Source: Candidatus Aenigmatarchaeota archaeon (GTDB taxonomy: Archaea > Aenigmatarchaeota > Aenigmatarchaeia > CG10238-14 > SCSR01). Taken from it: a stretch of 64,000 bases of DNA. Positions 27,259 through 36,403 of the stretch are shown here, in pieces. Each line of letters begins with the position of its first letter. Within the stretch, counting starts at the first letter, position 1. Both the position numbers and the translations under genes were made by a program. Below the pieces are notes generated by a model. It did no database searches, was not told the DNA's origin, and worked only from the letters and a program-made list of their open reading frames with translations. The stretch is taken from assembly GCA_038998585.1 (NCBI GenBank), contig JAVZGQ010000001.1:75737-139736 (forward strand), read 5' to 3'.

Positions 27259-27631
27259 TCCATCCACACCTCTCAATTAAAATTAATTTTAAGGATAGAA
27301 GTAGATAAAAGTCAAACTTGTACCCGACGACCACCCTTCATTTACCTCAAAATATTTTTTGTATCTTTCATAATTTAAATCTTTATCTTAGACTCATTTC
27401 TAAGTTAATAATCTTTATGAACTGATCCTAGGTCTAGATCAATTGATGGTAGATATCTATAACTGGAAGAGGAAAATAGAAAGAGAATTGGTAAGGATAT
27501 GAAGCACTTAAGAGTCTTTGAATAAAATCTTTAAATGGTTAGATACAATATTATTATAGCCTTGCTTAGAAGCCTCTGTTAAGCGATGAGTCAAGCAAGC
27601 AAGGAAACAGATGCACGAGGCAAGGCCGCAC

Positions 27632-29152
27632 TCAACAATCTTCATCAAACCATTCTGGCTTACTTCTATTCCAAAGCTTCTTCTTTCTTAAACCCCAAAG
27701 GATTGTTAAAGCTATTAGAAAGACTATCAAAATTATAATAACTGCCCATGTAACTCTAGGTAAGACCAGCTGGCTAGTTGGTATGAACTCTTCTTTCTCC
27801 TCATAGGACAAAGTGGTTGTTGTTATTTCAGATAGACAAGCCCCATTTGAACAACCATATTTACAATATTCGACATGAACCCAAGATGTCGAGCAATCAG
27901 AGTATTGGTATAGCTGTAATTTCCAATTTCCATTGCATTTGAATTCATCAAAGAATTTTGCAGCACATCTAGCTTCTTTTTCTTTGATTGAAAAAACTCC
28001 AGAGTAAATTACACCGCTTTTCTCGCAACCATTATAAGAAATTTTGATTTTATAATCACCTGCTTTTTGAACTCTTGCAGTACAAGTTAAACTTCTTGTG
28101 CTATAAGCAGAAATATAAACTGTTGGATCAACAGAACCTTCACAATTCATGGGTATGCAATAATGATCCGTTTTACAGACATAGGCATCAAAACTAACAT
28201 AATTGTCTATATCCCCAAAATTTTTAATTTTTATAGTTGTTGTTATGATATCTCCAATTAAGGCACCATCAGGTACGTCAACATCAAAGCTAATTTTGCA
28301 AGATTCTTCTAACCGAGGCGAACATCGCCCATTCAAACAACCATAGCTACAATATTCCCAATCAACCCAACTTGTAGAACAGTCTGAATAAAGATATTTT
28401 CTTTGTAACCAACTTCCCGAGCATCTAAATTCGTTTAAGTATTTTGATTCACAGTTTGATGGTGGTCGTGTGGTTATTGTTTTTGTGTAATAGCCTGATT
28501 GATATACATATCCAGGATTACAGTCTTGATAGCATGTGCCTATGTTAATCCACTTTTTCTGCGTTACGACATAGATGCATGTTGCCCCAATACAAGTATA
28601 GTCTCTATATTCTTGTTCTTTTTCTTTTGTTCCAGCTCCGCATTCCAAGCCAGCAAGATTGCATCTTTCCTCACCAGTATCATACCATCCATCTTTTTCT
28701 AAAACACAATAACCATCCTTACAAATATAGCCAGGAACACAGTTTTCTGTCACTCTTTCCCATCCAGATCCATCTGATTTGCACTTTTCATATGTGACTT
28801 GGGTAGGGCAATCACAATACCTATTCCTAACTTCTCCAGGAGTACAAGTCTTGATTGGAATTAAAATAAGATCGACTCTCTTAGTCTCGCCGCAAGAGCA
28901 GCTCACGCTCTTAAGGTCAGAAGTATATCCAGGCTTAGTTACAGATACTATGTGTGATCCAATCTCAACTTTTTTATAAGCATTTAGGCTATAAGCAAAG
29001 TAACTACCATCAATATAAATGTTAGCTACCAAAGGATTGTTATAACTATCTTTGACATAAATATCAAGATAACAGTATTGAACATTCGCTCTTGTAGCTT
29101 CTGGTAAGACTAACAACATCGCTAAAATCACGATTAAAAAATCGATTTTCAT
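27632..29152 (-). CDS. Secreted Cys-rich protein with an N-terminal PEGA-like domain, duplicated roughly 40-aa Cys modules and a C-terminal TM anchor
   Basis: It has a signal peptide. VKDSYNNPLVANIYIDGSYF...GSHIVSVTKPGYTS is PEGA-like. The modules C..KYLNEFRCSGSWLQRKYLYSDCSTSWVDWEYCSYGCLNGRC and C..KFFDEFKCNGNWKLQLYQYSDCSTSWVHVEYCKYGCSNGAC are duplicated. A TM segment is followed by RKKK. Confidence 0.6.
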   Translation of the reverse strand: MKIDFLIVILAMLLVLPEATRANVQYCYLDIYVKDSYNNPLVANIYIDGSYFAYSLNAYKKVEIGSHIVSVTKPGYTSDLKSVSCSCGETKRVDLILIPIKTCTPGEVRNRYCDCPTQVTYEKCKSDGSGWERVTENCVPGYICKDGYCVLEKDGWYDTGEERCNLAGLECGAGTKEKEQEYRDYTCIGATCIYVVTQKKWINIGTCYQDCNPGYVYQSGYYTKTITTRPPSNCESKYLNEFRCSGSWLQRKYLYSDCSTSWVDWEYCSYGCLNGRCSPRLEESCKISFDVDVPDGALIGDIITTTIKIKNFGDIDNYVSFDAYVCKTDHYCIPMNCEGSVDPTVYISAYSTRSLTCTARVQKAGDYKIKISYNGCEKSGVIYSGVFSIKEKEARCAAKFFDEFKCNGNWKLQLYQYSDCSTSWVHVEYCKYGCSNGACLSEITTTTLSYEEKEEFIPTSQLVLPRVTWAVIIILIVFLIALTILWGLRKKKLWNRSKPEWFDEDC

Positions 29153-29280
29153 AATTATAGTATGAATAAAAATCTTTAAGTAATTTACTACATAAGAGTT
29201 ATAACTTATGGTCGAGCAAAAAAATACTTATCATCTAGCAAAGATTTTCTTTTTAACAAATCAATTAATTTATAGAGAAA

Positions 29281-29991
29281 ATGATTATAGGAGCCACAGG
29301 TGATGTACACTCACCGCGCTACTTTGAAGATTTTGTAAAGGCTGTTGATAACTTGAAAGTAAGGCCGCAACTCATGTTCTTGTTAGGTGATATGATAGAT
29401 AGAGGTCAGTTAGAGGAATATGAGAAAATATATAACACTTTTTTTGGCAAGATAGACTGTCCTATAGTCGCATGCTTTGGAAATAATGAATACCAGGATT
29501 TAAGAGAGAAATTGAAGCAGAGGTATAAAGACATAAAGTTTTTGGATGACGAGGCTGTAGTATTACAAATTGGTTCTTTGAGTGTAGGAGTTGTTGGGAC
29601 TACAGGGAGCTTGGATGAGCCAACGAGATGGCAGAGGGCAAATGTGCCAAACATAGAAAACATCTACCGCTCTAGAGTCGCCATTGTTGATAGTTTTCTT
29701 CAAAGAATGAAGACAAATATTTCAATACTTATAATTCACTATGCCCCAACCTATAAGATTTTGGAAGGAGAGAACCCAAACTTCTATAAGAATATGGGTT
29801 CGATGGCTTATGAGCAAGTTTTAATAAGCAGAAAACCCACTCTAGTTTTAACAGGCCATTCTCACAGAGGCTTGAAAAATACCTGGGTCGATACAGTACC
29901 TGTATTTAATGTTTCTTTACCCTTGAACAAAGAGATAGTGATTATAGACACAGAAAAAGATTTGAAACCGGGTATAACAAGGTTTATTTAA
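29281..29991 (+). CDS. Calcineurin-like metallophosphoesterase
   Basis: GDVHS, LGDMIDRG, GNNEY and TGHSH are the canonical MPE metal-binding motifs. Confidence 0.75.
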   Translation: MIIGATGDVHSPRYFEDFVKAVDNLKVRPQLMFLLGDMIDRGQLEEYEKIYNTFFGKIDCPIVACFGNNEYQDLREKLKQRYKDIKFLDDEAVVLQIGSLSVGVVGTTGSLDEPTRWQRANVPNIENIYRSRVAIVDSFLQRMKTNISILIIHYAPTYKILEGENPNFYKNMGSMAYEQVLISRKPTLVLTGHSHRGLKNTWVDTVPVFNVSLPLNKEIVIIDTEKDLKPGITRFI

Positions 29992-30268
29992 TATTATTCA
30001 ATAATTTGGATATAGTCTTTCTCAAATGACAGACTATATCATTGGCCATGGTGCCAAGACCTATGTTCACTAAAACAACTTGGCCTGTAAGAGCCGAGAA
30101 AAAGGTAACAATTGCTCCTAAATAAGCATGATGAATTTTTATTTTCTTCTTACCGTTGACAATAAAAAGTCTTAGTTTAGGTAATCGGTTTGTTATGAGT
30201 TCTGTGAGTAGAAAGCCCAAGCTAAAAATCAAAAAGTCAAACTGGATGATTTCATTTAAAGCTATCAT
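29984..30268 (-). CDS. Small hypothetical membrane protein (94 aa)
   Basis: The ORF has 2-3 hydrophobic helices. Its 3' end overlaps the MPE gene by 8 nt (convergent). Confidence 0.3.
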   Translation of the reverse strand: MIALNEIIQFDFLIFSLGFLLTELITNRLPKLRLFIVNGKKKIKIHHAYLGAIVTFFSALTGQVVLVNIGLGTMANDIVCHLRKTISKLLNNIK

Positions 30269-30380
30269 TTTAATGAATTGGTTTTAGAAAGTATTAAAAC
30301 TTAATCTGAACACAAACAAAAATATTTTTTTAACCTAGGAGTGGTAAAGGATTTAAGTTTTGTTGTTTATTAAAAATAGT

Positions 30381-30719
30381 ATGGCAGAAGAGAGAGACTG
30401 GAAAGATTATTTAAATGAGTCTGATAAACAAATACTTGCTCAGCTTTTAGATTCTACTAAAAGACAGAAGTGTGCTTTTATGCAAGCCGAAGATGTAAAG
30501 GTGGCTCAGCTATGGTGTGCCTTAGTTGAGATGAAAAAGCAAATGATGGAACTCGAGCAGCTTGTTGAGAAAATTGCTGAGCCTTTCAGAACAATAGTTG
30601 AAATGGGTGAAGTTGAAAAGAGGAAAACAATAGACAGAATGATTCGTGAGATACTGAGGCCAGAACCTGACCAGGAAGAGGCTACCAAAAAACTAGTGGA
30701 CAGCCTGATGAAATTTTAA
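30381..30719 (+). CDS. Hypothetical helical/charged protein (112 aa)
   Basis: Clean ORF, with ATG 30381 preferred over TTG 30360. No motif recognised. Confidence 0.35.
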   Translation: MAEERDWKDYLNESDKQILAQLLDSTKRQKCAFMQAEDVKVAQLWCALVEMKKQMMELEQLVEKIAEPFRTIVEMGEVEKRKTIDRMIREILRPEPDQEEATKKLVDSLMKF

Positions 30720-30888
30720 ACACAATGTTTACAGAAATTAGGATTTTGTTAGCTTTTTTAGGATTTTGTGCTTATACCTGCAGTTCTAATCTTTGGATGA
30801 AGCCTCATACAAGGTTAACTTACAGATTGATACATGTTTTGCAATCCTTTCTTTAAAAATAGTTTGGAAGCAAATTGAAAATGAAATT

Positions 30889-31329
30889 TCAGACCGAATT
30901 TTCATAAATTAGTTTGTGGTAACCAGTGGCATAGTCAATTAAACCAAAATATGGTTTTATATCATCGGGAAAAATTGACCTGCCTTTTCCACTTACCGAA
31001 GGTACTCCAGTAGGATCTATAATGAATTCTTTCCCATCTCTCAAAAAAGCAACTAGAAAGAAATGTCCTCCCTCATAGTTTCTAATCCTTATATCTTCAA
31101 AATAATTTTCAGAATTTCTTAAAATTTTTTTGGCAGCTTCTAAAAATTCGGGAGTATATCTACAATATCCTGGTTTCCAGAAACAACCTGTTTTTTGGTA
31201 AAGCTCCTCTAAAAATTTCTTTATATTTTTTATCTCTTCAGGGTTTAATCCTCTTTTTTCAAAATATTTTTCAAATTTTGGTTTCTTTTTGATCAAATGT
31301 TCGAAAATTTCTTGAAATTTTAACATCAT
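30889..31329 (-). CDS. Hypothetical protein (146 aa) with a possible Cys-His-Asp (transglutaminase/papain-like) arrangement
   Basis: The ordered residues GYCRY ... EGGHFFLVAF ... FIIDPTG resemble a minimal transglutaminase-like core. This is weak and based on motifs only. Confidence 0.35.
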   Translation of the reverse strand: MMLKFQEIFEHLIKKKPKFEKYFEKRGLNPEEIKNIKKFLEELYQKTGCFWKPGYCRYTPEFLEAAKKILRNSENYFEDIRIRNYEGGHFFLVAFLRDGKEFIIDPTGVPSVSGKGRSIFPDDIKPYFGLIDYATGYHKLIYENSV

Positions 31330-31369
31330 TTAGAGTAGGGGGTTGAAAATTTATAAGTTTAACGTTTGA

Positions 31370-31468
31370 TGGACCGGCCGGGATTTGAACCCGGAGCCTC
31401 CACCTTTTTCTATTAGGTATGCGAAGGTGGTTTTAGGGTATTCTGTCCTACCTTTAGACCACCGGCCC
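31370..31468 (-). tRNA. tRNA-Ala(CGC) with two micro-introns (13 nt at 25/26, 14 nt at 37/38)
   Basis: GGGCCGG TG GTCT AAAGGTA GGAC[AGAATACCCTAAA]A CCACC TTCGCA[TACCTAATAGAAAA]A GGTGG AGGCT CCGGG TTCAAAT CCCGG CCGGTCC A. The G3:U70 Ala identity pair is present. The first intron has a perfect BHB (central helix TAGG/CCTA, bulges ACA and AAA). Confidence 0.8.
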
Positions 31469-31775
31469 TTTATTGAATTTAACTCTTCTTGAAATATTTT
31501 ATATAGTCATTGTGTTTTAACTCTTAATATAAAATAGTACTTTTTTTATAGTTTGAAAAATTTACAAATGAAAATAAAATACAAATTTGTGATTGTAATT
31601 TTTGAAATCTTATTTAAGGAAATTCCAAACCCATTCATTTATTAAGTTTTTATTTAATTTCTGTTTAACACTTCCCTGCTGAAGAGATGATTTGTTTTTA
31701 CTCTATCGTTGTTTGTTGTCCTCATTTCTCAATAAAACATAAGTAAAAATAAGGATAAATTAAAATCTATAAAGT

Positions 31776-31850
31776 GGGCACGTAGCTTAGCCTGGTTGGA
31801 GCAACCGGCTGATAACCGGTAGGTCCCCGGTTCAAATCCGGGCGTGCCCA
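31776..31850 (+). tRNA. tRNA-Ile(GAU), intron-less
   Basis: GGGCACG TA GCTT AGCCTGGTTG GAGC A ACCGG CTGATAA CCGGT AGGTC CCCGG TTCAAAT CCGGG CGTGCCC A. Confidence 0.9.
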
Positions 31851-31915
31851 TTTGGAAATCGATAAAACAAAAAAGAAAAAGTATTTAAGTAATTGGCTAT
31901 TATTAAAAAATACCC

Positions 31916-32542
31916 ATGAAGGGTATTTTTATCGCCTTTGAGGGTATAACAGGCTCAGGCAAGAAAACCCATATAAGAATGATAACAGAAGAGCTTTTGA
32001 TAAGGAAAATTTCTTTCACAACTTTAAGCTTCCCAGATTTTGATAATGACATAGCAAAGCTAACCAAAAGACTTCAGCTCGATGCTTTTACCTTGTCCTT
32101 GCTTTACGCTGCAGACAGAAGCTTTTCTCAAGAAAGAATTAAAGCTTTGCTCGAAGCTGGGCAAGTTGTAATAACAGACAGATACTGCTACAGCAACTTT
32201 GCTTATCAAGCTGCTAAAGGCGTTCCTCTAGATTGGCTTATGCAAATTGAAAAATATTTGATTAAACCAAATATAGTTTTTTTGATTGATGTGCCTGTTG
32301 AAACAACTTTGTCAAGAATAAAACAGCTCAGCTTAGAAGATTTTAGTAAGAAAGAAATCATAGATAGAATATATAAAGAGAGAGAAATTTTGGAAAAAAC
32401 AAGAGAATATTTTCTTAAGTTTTCAAGAGAAAACAGAGATGCTAAATGGTATGTCATAGACGCAACAAAAAGCATAAAAGAGGTTCATGAAAAAATTTGG
32501 TCTATCCTTGAGCCAGAAATAGAAAAATTGAAATCCAGTTAA
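31916..32542 (+). CDS. tmk: Thymidylate kinase
   Basis: P-loop IAFEGITGSGKKTH, DRYCYS and the overall dTMP-kinase layout. Confidence 0.8.
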   Translation: MKGIFIAFEGITGSGKKTHIRMITEELLIRKISFTTLSFPDFDNDIAKLTKRLQLDAFTLSLLYAADRSFSQERIKALLEAGQVVITDRYCYSNFAYQAAKGVPLDWLMQIEKYLIKPNIVFLIDVPVETTLSRIKQLSLEDFSKKEIIDRIYKEREILEKTREYFLKFSRENRDAKWYVIDATKSIKEVHEKIWSILEPEIEKLKSS

Positions 32543-32590
32543 TTTTGACAAAAACTTTTTTAACTCTTAAGTCCAAATAGTTTTTTAATT

Positions 32591-32696
32591 GCCCCGCTCG
32601 TCTAGTCCGGACAAGGACACGGCCCTTTCGATTGAGTTCGAAAGGTTTGATTCAAGATGATAGGCTGTAACCTGGGTTCAAATCCCAGGCGGGGCA
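32591..32696 (+). tRNA. tRNA-Glu(UUC) with a 31-nt intron at 37/38
   Basis: GCCCCGC TC GTCT AGTCCGGACAA GGAC A CGGCC CTTTCG[31 nt]A GGCTG TAAC CTGGG TTCAAAT CCCAG GCGGGGC A. The inner BHB helix is TTGA/TCAA. Confidence 0.85.
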
Positions 32697-33111
32697 TACT
32701 TATTTCTTCAATTCCCATTTGGCTTATATAAGCAGTCAAAACAATGCTAAAATCATGCCTGAACTTTATGGTTATGAGAAAGGAATAGAAAGGCGGTTCT
32801 TCTAGTAATAAGTAACTACATGACTTATTAAAGCTATAAAACATACAATGATTACATATATAGTTTTTGAGCGGATACTTCAATGATTTAAAGATTAATT
32901 TTTTAAAAAATTCAGAATTAATTTTTTCTTCATTTAAATTAAGTAGAATATGGTTTTTATCATACTTATACATGCAACAAGGATAAATTCCTAAATCAAA
33001 TCCAATTGAAACAGAACAAAAAAAAGAAAACAAAAATTTTCTTGATTAAGTTTTGTTGTAGAAAAAGTAAGGTGGTTTTATGTCTGAACCTAAACCAAAA
33101 ATAATTAGATA

Positions 33112-34251
33112 TTATTTACAATAAATTCTCCCAGGAAAACAATAAAATACAGTCCCTTCAGGACATAGTTCATAACATTTTCCATTGCAGTAAATAGTGT
33201 TGGGCGGGCATTCACCCACTCTCTTGCAAACAGCTTTATTTTCATAACAATAGAAAGTATAGTCTTTTGAACAACTTTCCCAACATTCCCCATTACAATA
33301 AACAGAATTGGGTGAGCATGACCAAGAAATATCAACTTCGCAAACAGGGCCTTCTTGAATACATTTGAAATTTTCTCCCTTTAAACATTTTCTCCCACAT
33401 TTGCAGTTACATAAATTTTCAGCTTCCGAACATCCCATAAAATCTCTACCACAATTGTAAATTTCCCAACAATCGTATTCAGGTTTGATTATCATTCTTA
33501 AAGTGTCTTTTATTTCTTTTGTGATTTTTACTCTCAATTCACTCTCAGAAAAACTTGACTCCCCTCCCCATGCATACATGATAGAATCCATATTACCAGA
33601 ATCAGCTAAATTCAGTATATGGCCAACTTCATGAACCATAATATTTAATAGCTGAGAATATTCTTTGATTGAAACGAAAATTTTTCCACCTTTAATAAAC
33701 CTATAATTTTCACATTCATATCCATATTGAACAGTATAACCCACGAAATAACTGACAAAATCTTCTTTCATAGCAGCTATTGGCATTTCTCCCGTGAACT
33801 CTACATAAATTGTGTAATTTTCTTTTGAATCTACAAAATCAAAACTAACAAGTTTAGTTTCTTCTTCCCATATTTCAAATGCCTTTTTCACAGCCTCCAT
33901 GCTATTATTGTATAATCCTTTAGTTTGGTTGGGGTCAACTATTTTTAGGAGAGAATCATTCACATAAACTGAATAACGATTGGAAATAAAATAAGAATTG
34001 TTGATTCTTCTTTCAGGAGTTGTAAAGTTCAGACTTGCAACAATTTTTTCAATTTTTTTGATAGTTGTTGTAGTTGTCGATTCTTGCAAAGTTTCTGTAT
34101 TAAATGTTGGTTGTAAACTTGGATCTTGTGGAGAAACATTAAAAATTAAGTACCACCCTAAAAAAATCAAAAAAATCAACGGAATCACTATAAGTTCTAT
34201 AGGAACAATAATTACCCTTTTCTTTTGAGAAGCCAAAGCAATATTTCTCAT
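33112..34251 (-). CDS. Membrane-anchored/secreted metzincin-like zinc protease with C-terminal Cys-rich repeats
   Basis: It has an N-terminal TM or signal anchor. The zinc site reads HEVGHILNLAD and is followed by a Met-turn-like DSIMY. The C-terminus repeats C.PN..YCNG.C.E.C......FYC. Confidence 0.6.
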   Translation of the reverse strand: MRNIALASQKKRVIIVPIELIVIPLIFLIFLGWYLIFNVSPQDPSLQPTFNTETLQESTTTTTIKKIEKIVASLNFTTPERRINNSYFISNRYSVYVNDSLLKIVDPNQTKGLYNNSMEAVKKAFEIWEEETKLVSFDFVDSKENYTIYVEFTGEMPIAAMKEDFVSYFVGYTVQYGYECENYRFIKGGKIFVSIKEYSQLLNIMVHEVGHILNLADSGNMDSIMYAWGGESSFSESELRVKITKEIKDTLRMIIKPEYDCWEIYNCGRDFMGCSEAENLCNCKCGRKCLKGENFKCIQEGPVCEVDISWSCSPNSVYCNGECWESCSKDYTFYCYENKAVCKRVGECPPNTIYCNGKCYELCPEGTVFYCFPGRIYCK

Positions 34252-34393
34252 TTTTATTATTTTTTAATTAAAAAAGAATAAAAATTAATTCTTGTCTTTA
34301 TAGAGGAAATAAGCAGAAATAGATAAACCAAAAAGCAAACTTACTCAGAACTATGAAAAAGGTTTAAAAATCAAAAGAATAAATAAAGCGAAG

Positions 34394-35385
34394 TTAAATT
34401 TTTTCTAACTCATATTCTTTACTCCCCATTTTTAATTCTTCTCCAACCTTGAGTTGTTCTAAAAAAGATTTTTTGTTCAAATCTTTAAAAACATCTCTCC
34501 CTACCTTTTCCAGAATTAAATCATAAGTTGCTTTTTCTATTGCTAAGATATTACTGCTTGCAAGGATCCCTACATCATCTATCACATGCTCCAAAGGCTG
34601 ATTATAGCAATCACAAAGTCTTGTCATTCTTTGTAAGAAATTAATAAAATAAATATTTTTAAATTTTGAGATCGCAGATTTAGCGGCTTCTGCCAGCAAG
34701 AAATCAAAAGTCGCAACTTTTGGACTTAATGCTTTTTGAGGGCAAGACAAAATGCAATTTGAGCAACCTAAGCAACCAATAAAAGGAAGTATTGGCCTCT
34801 TGAGTAATTTATTTATTTTGATTAAATTTTTTGGGCAATTCTTTTCACAAACTCTACATAAGATGCAGCCACCTATATAGATAGGCCTACCACCTTTGTG
34901 AATTTCTTTTTTACTCTTTTTTGTCACAGCTCCCATACCCAAATTTTTAATTGCAGATCCTATTCCAGTACAAGAATGTCCTTTAACATGAGTTAAAACG
35001 AGTACAGAAATACCACAAATTTCTTTTGGAATTTGATAATCAAGCTTGCCTTTAACAACTTCATGATCTTCATTTCCAATAACTATTGGGCAGCCCATAT
35101 ATTCTTCTGTGAAGCCATTTGAAACAGCAACTTCTAGATAGCCTTTCACACTGCTTCTTTTGCCTGAATATGCTACTGTAGTGTCAAAAAGAAAAGGCTC
35201 ACAATTCTTTTTTTCAACACTTCGACAAATTTTTTCACTTCTTCTGCTCTCAAATGATTTGGGTTTTTTGTCTCACCCATATGCAACTTTATTGCAACGA
35301 CTTCATTCTTAAAAGGAATTTCCTCTTCAAGCTTTTCCAAAAAGGCTTTATTTAAGTTTTTGGAGAAAAAAACTTTACAGTGCAT
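34394..35385 (-). pseudogene. DUF362-family protein with a 2x[4Fe-4S] ferredoxin insert, interrupted by a frameshift in an A7 run (or a homopolymer sequencing error)
   Basis: The N-fragment MHCKVFFSK...VAIKLHMGETKNPNHLRAEEVKKFVEVLKK stops at 35173. In the adjacent frame the reading continues NCEPFLFDTTVAYSGKRSSVKGYLEVAVSNGF...THVKGHSCTGIGSAIKNLGMG...CILCRVCEKNCP...CLGCSNCILSCP. One extra A in the run at 35208-35214 restores a single ORF. Confidence 0.7.
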
Positions 35386-35434
35386 AATAAGAATAAGCAT
35401 CTGAAATTTAAGTATTTTTAACCAATTTTTTAGT

Positions 35435-36295
35435 ATGTATGATAGATTTTGTTTAAATTTGGTAAGTGAGGAAGAAGCCAATGTTGTAATTTTTGGAGCT
35501 TTGCTTGGTAAGAATTCAGAAAGGATGCTCAGCTCATTAAGAAAGACAAGCTGGTTTGTGGAATGGTTTGATATCGATAGAGAAAAAAATTTGATAGAAG
35601 AAGTGAAAGTTGCTGATATTGGCAATTTGAAACTTGAAGAAGAGAAAGAGATTGAAGAAACTGTTAAAAGAATTTTTAGTAATGAAAAAATTCCTTTCAT
35701 GTTTTCTGGATCACACTTAGCAACCTACTTTGCTTTGAAGGCTTTTGATAAAGTAAAAATTGTAAGTTTTGATGCCCACTTTGATATGAAGAATAGTTAT
35801 ATTGATGAAAAAATGATCGAATCTATTTTTCCTCTTAAGTTGAATGAAAATAAAATAAAAATGTTTAACAGGTCAACATGGGCCAGAAGAAGCTTCGATG
35901 AAGGTAAGAAAGAATTTTGTTTCATTGGTGTTAGGTCGGGAGACGAGTTTGATCTAGATTTTGTGAAAAAGAACAGCTTACTATTCTTCACACCAAAAAT
36001 GATAAGAGAGAATTTTCAAGAAGTTAAAGAAAATTTGGAGGGATTCTGCAAAAATAGTAAAATTTATTTAACCATAGACATAGATGCTTTTGATCCAAGT
36101 GTTGCTCCAGCTGTTGGGCACCCTGAGCCAGATGGAATTTTCTGGCCACAGTTTCAGGATTTACTTAAAGAAGTTTTTGAAGGCAAATTAGTTGGACTAG
36201 ATTTGGTAGAAGTTGAGCCTATTTCTGAAAACAATGTTACAGAATTTTTAGCAAATAAAATAATTTTCGAATCATTATTTTTATTAAAAGAGTGA
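35435..36295 (+). CDS. speB: Agmatinase / arginase-family ureohydrolase
   Basis: Mn-binding motifs SFDAHFDM, LTIDIDAFDPSVAPAVGHPEPDG and GLDLVEVEP. Confidence 0.75.
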   Translation: MYDRFCLNLVSEEEANVVIFGALLGKNSERMLSSLRKTSWFVEWFDIDREKNLIEEVKVADIGNLKLEEEKEIEETVKRIFSNEKIPFMFSGSHLATYFALKAFDKVKIVSFDAHFDMKNSYIDEKMIESIFPLKLNENKIKMFNRSTWARRSFDEGKKEFCFIGVRSGDEFDLDFVKKNSLLFFTPKMIRENFQEVKENLEGFCKNSKIYLTIDIDAFDPSVAPAVGHPEPDGIFWPQFQDLLKEVFEGKLVGLDLVEVEPISENNVTEFLANKIIFESLFLLKE

Positions 36296-36403
36296 TTAAC
36301 TAATTCTTGTTTATCATCACAAACAAACTAATCAAATATTAGATTTTAATATAATTATGAAAAAAGAGAATTAATTAGTTGATCTATTTAAAAATTAAAA
36401 TAT

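Noticed and set aside
32602-33033. 143-aa minus-strand ORF between the metzincin gene and tRNA-Glu
   Set aside because: Its last roughly 30 codons overlap the tRNA-Glu gene on the opposite strand. The sequence is low-complexity (F/Y/K/N/L-rich) as expected from AT-rich non-coding DNA, with no recognisable motif.
35386-35700. N-terminal 105 codons of ORF 35173..35700
   Set aside because: This part is Ser/Leu/Phe-rich and lies antisense to the well-supported agmatinase gene. The DUF362 homology begins only at the internal Met (35385).
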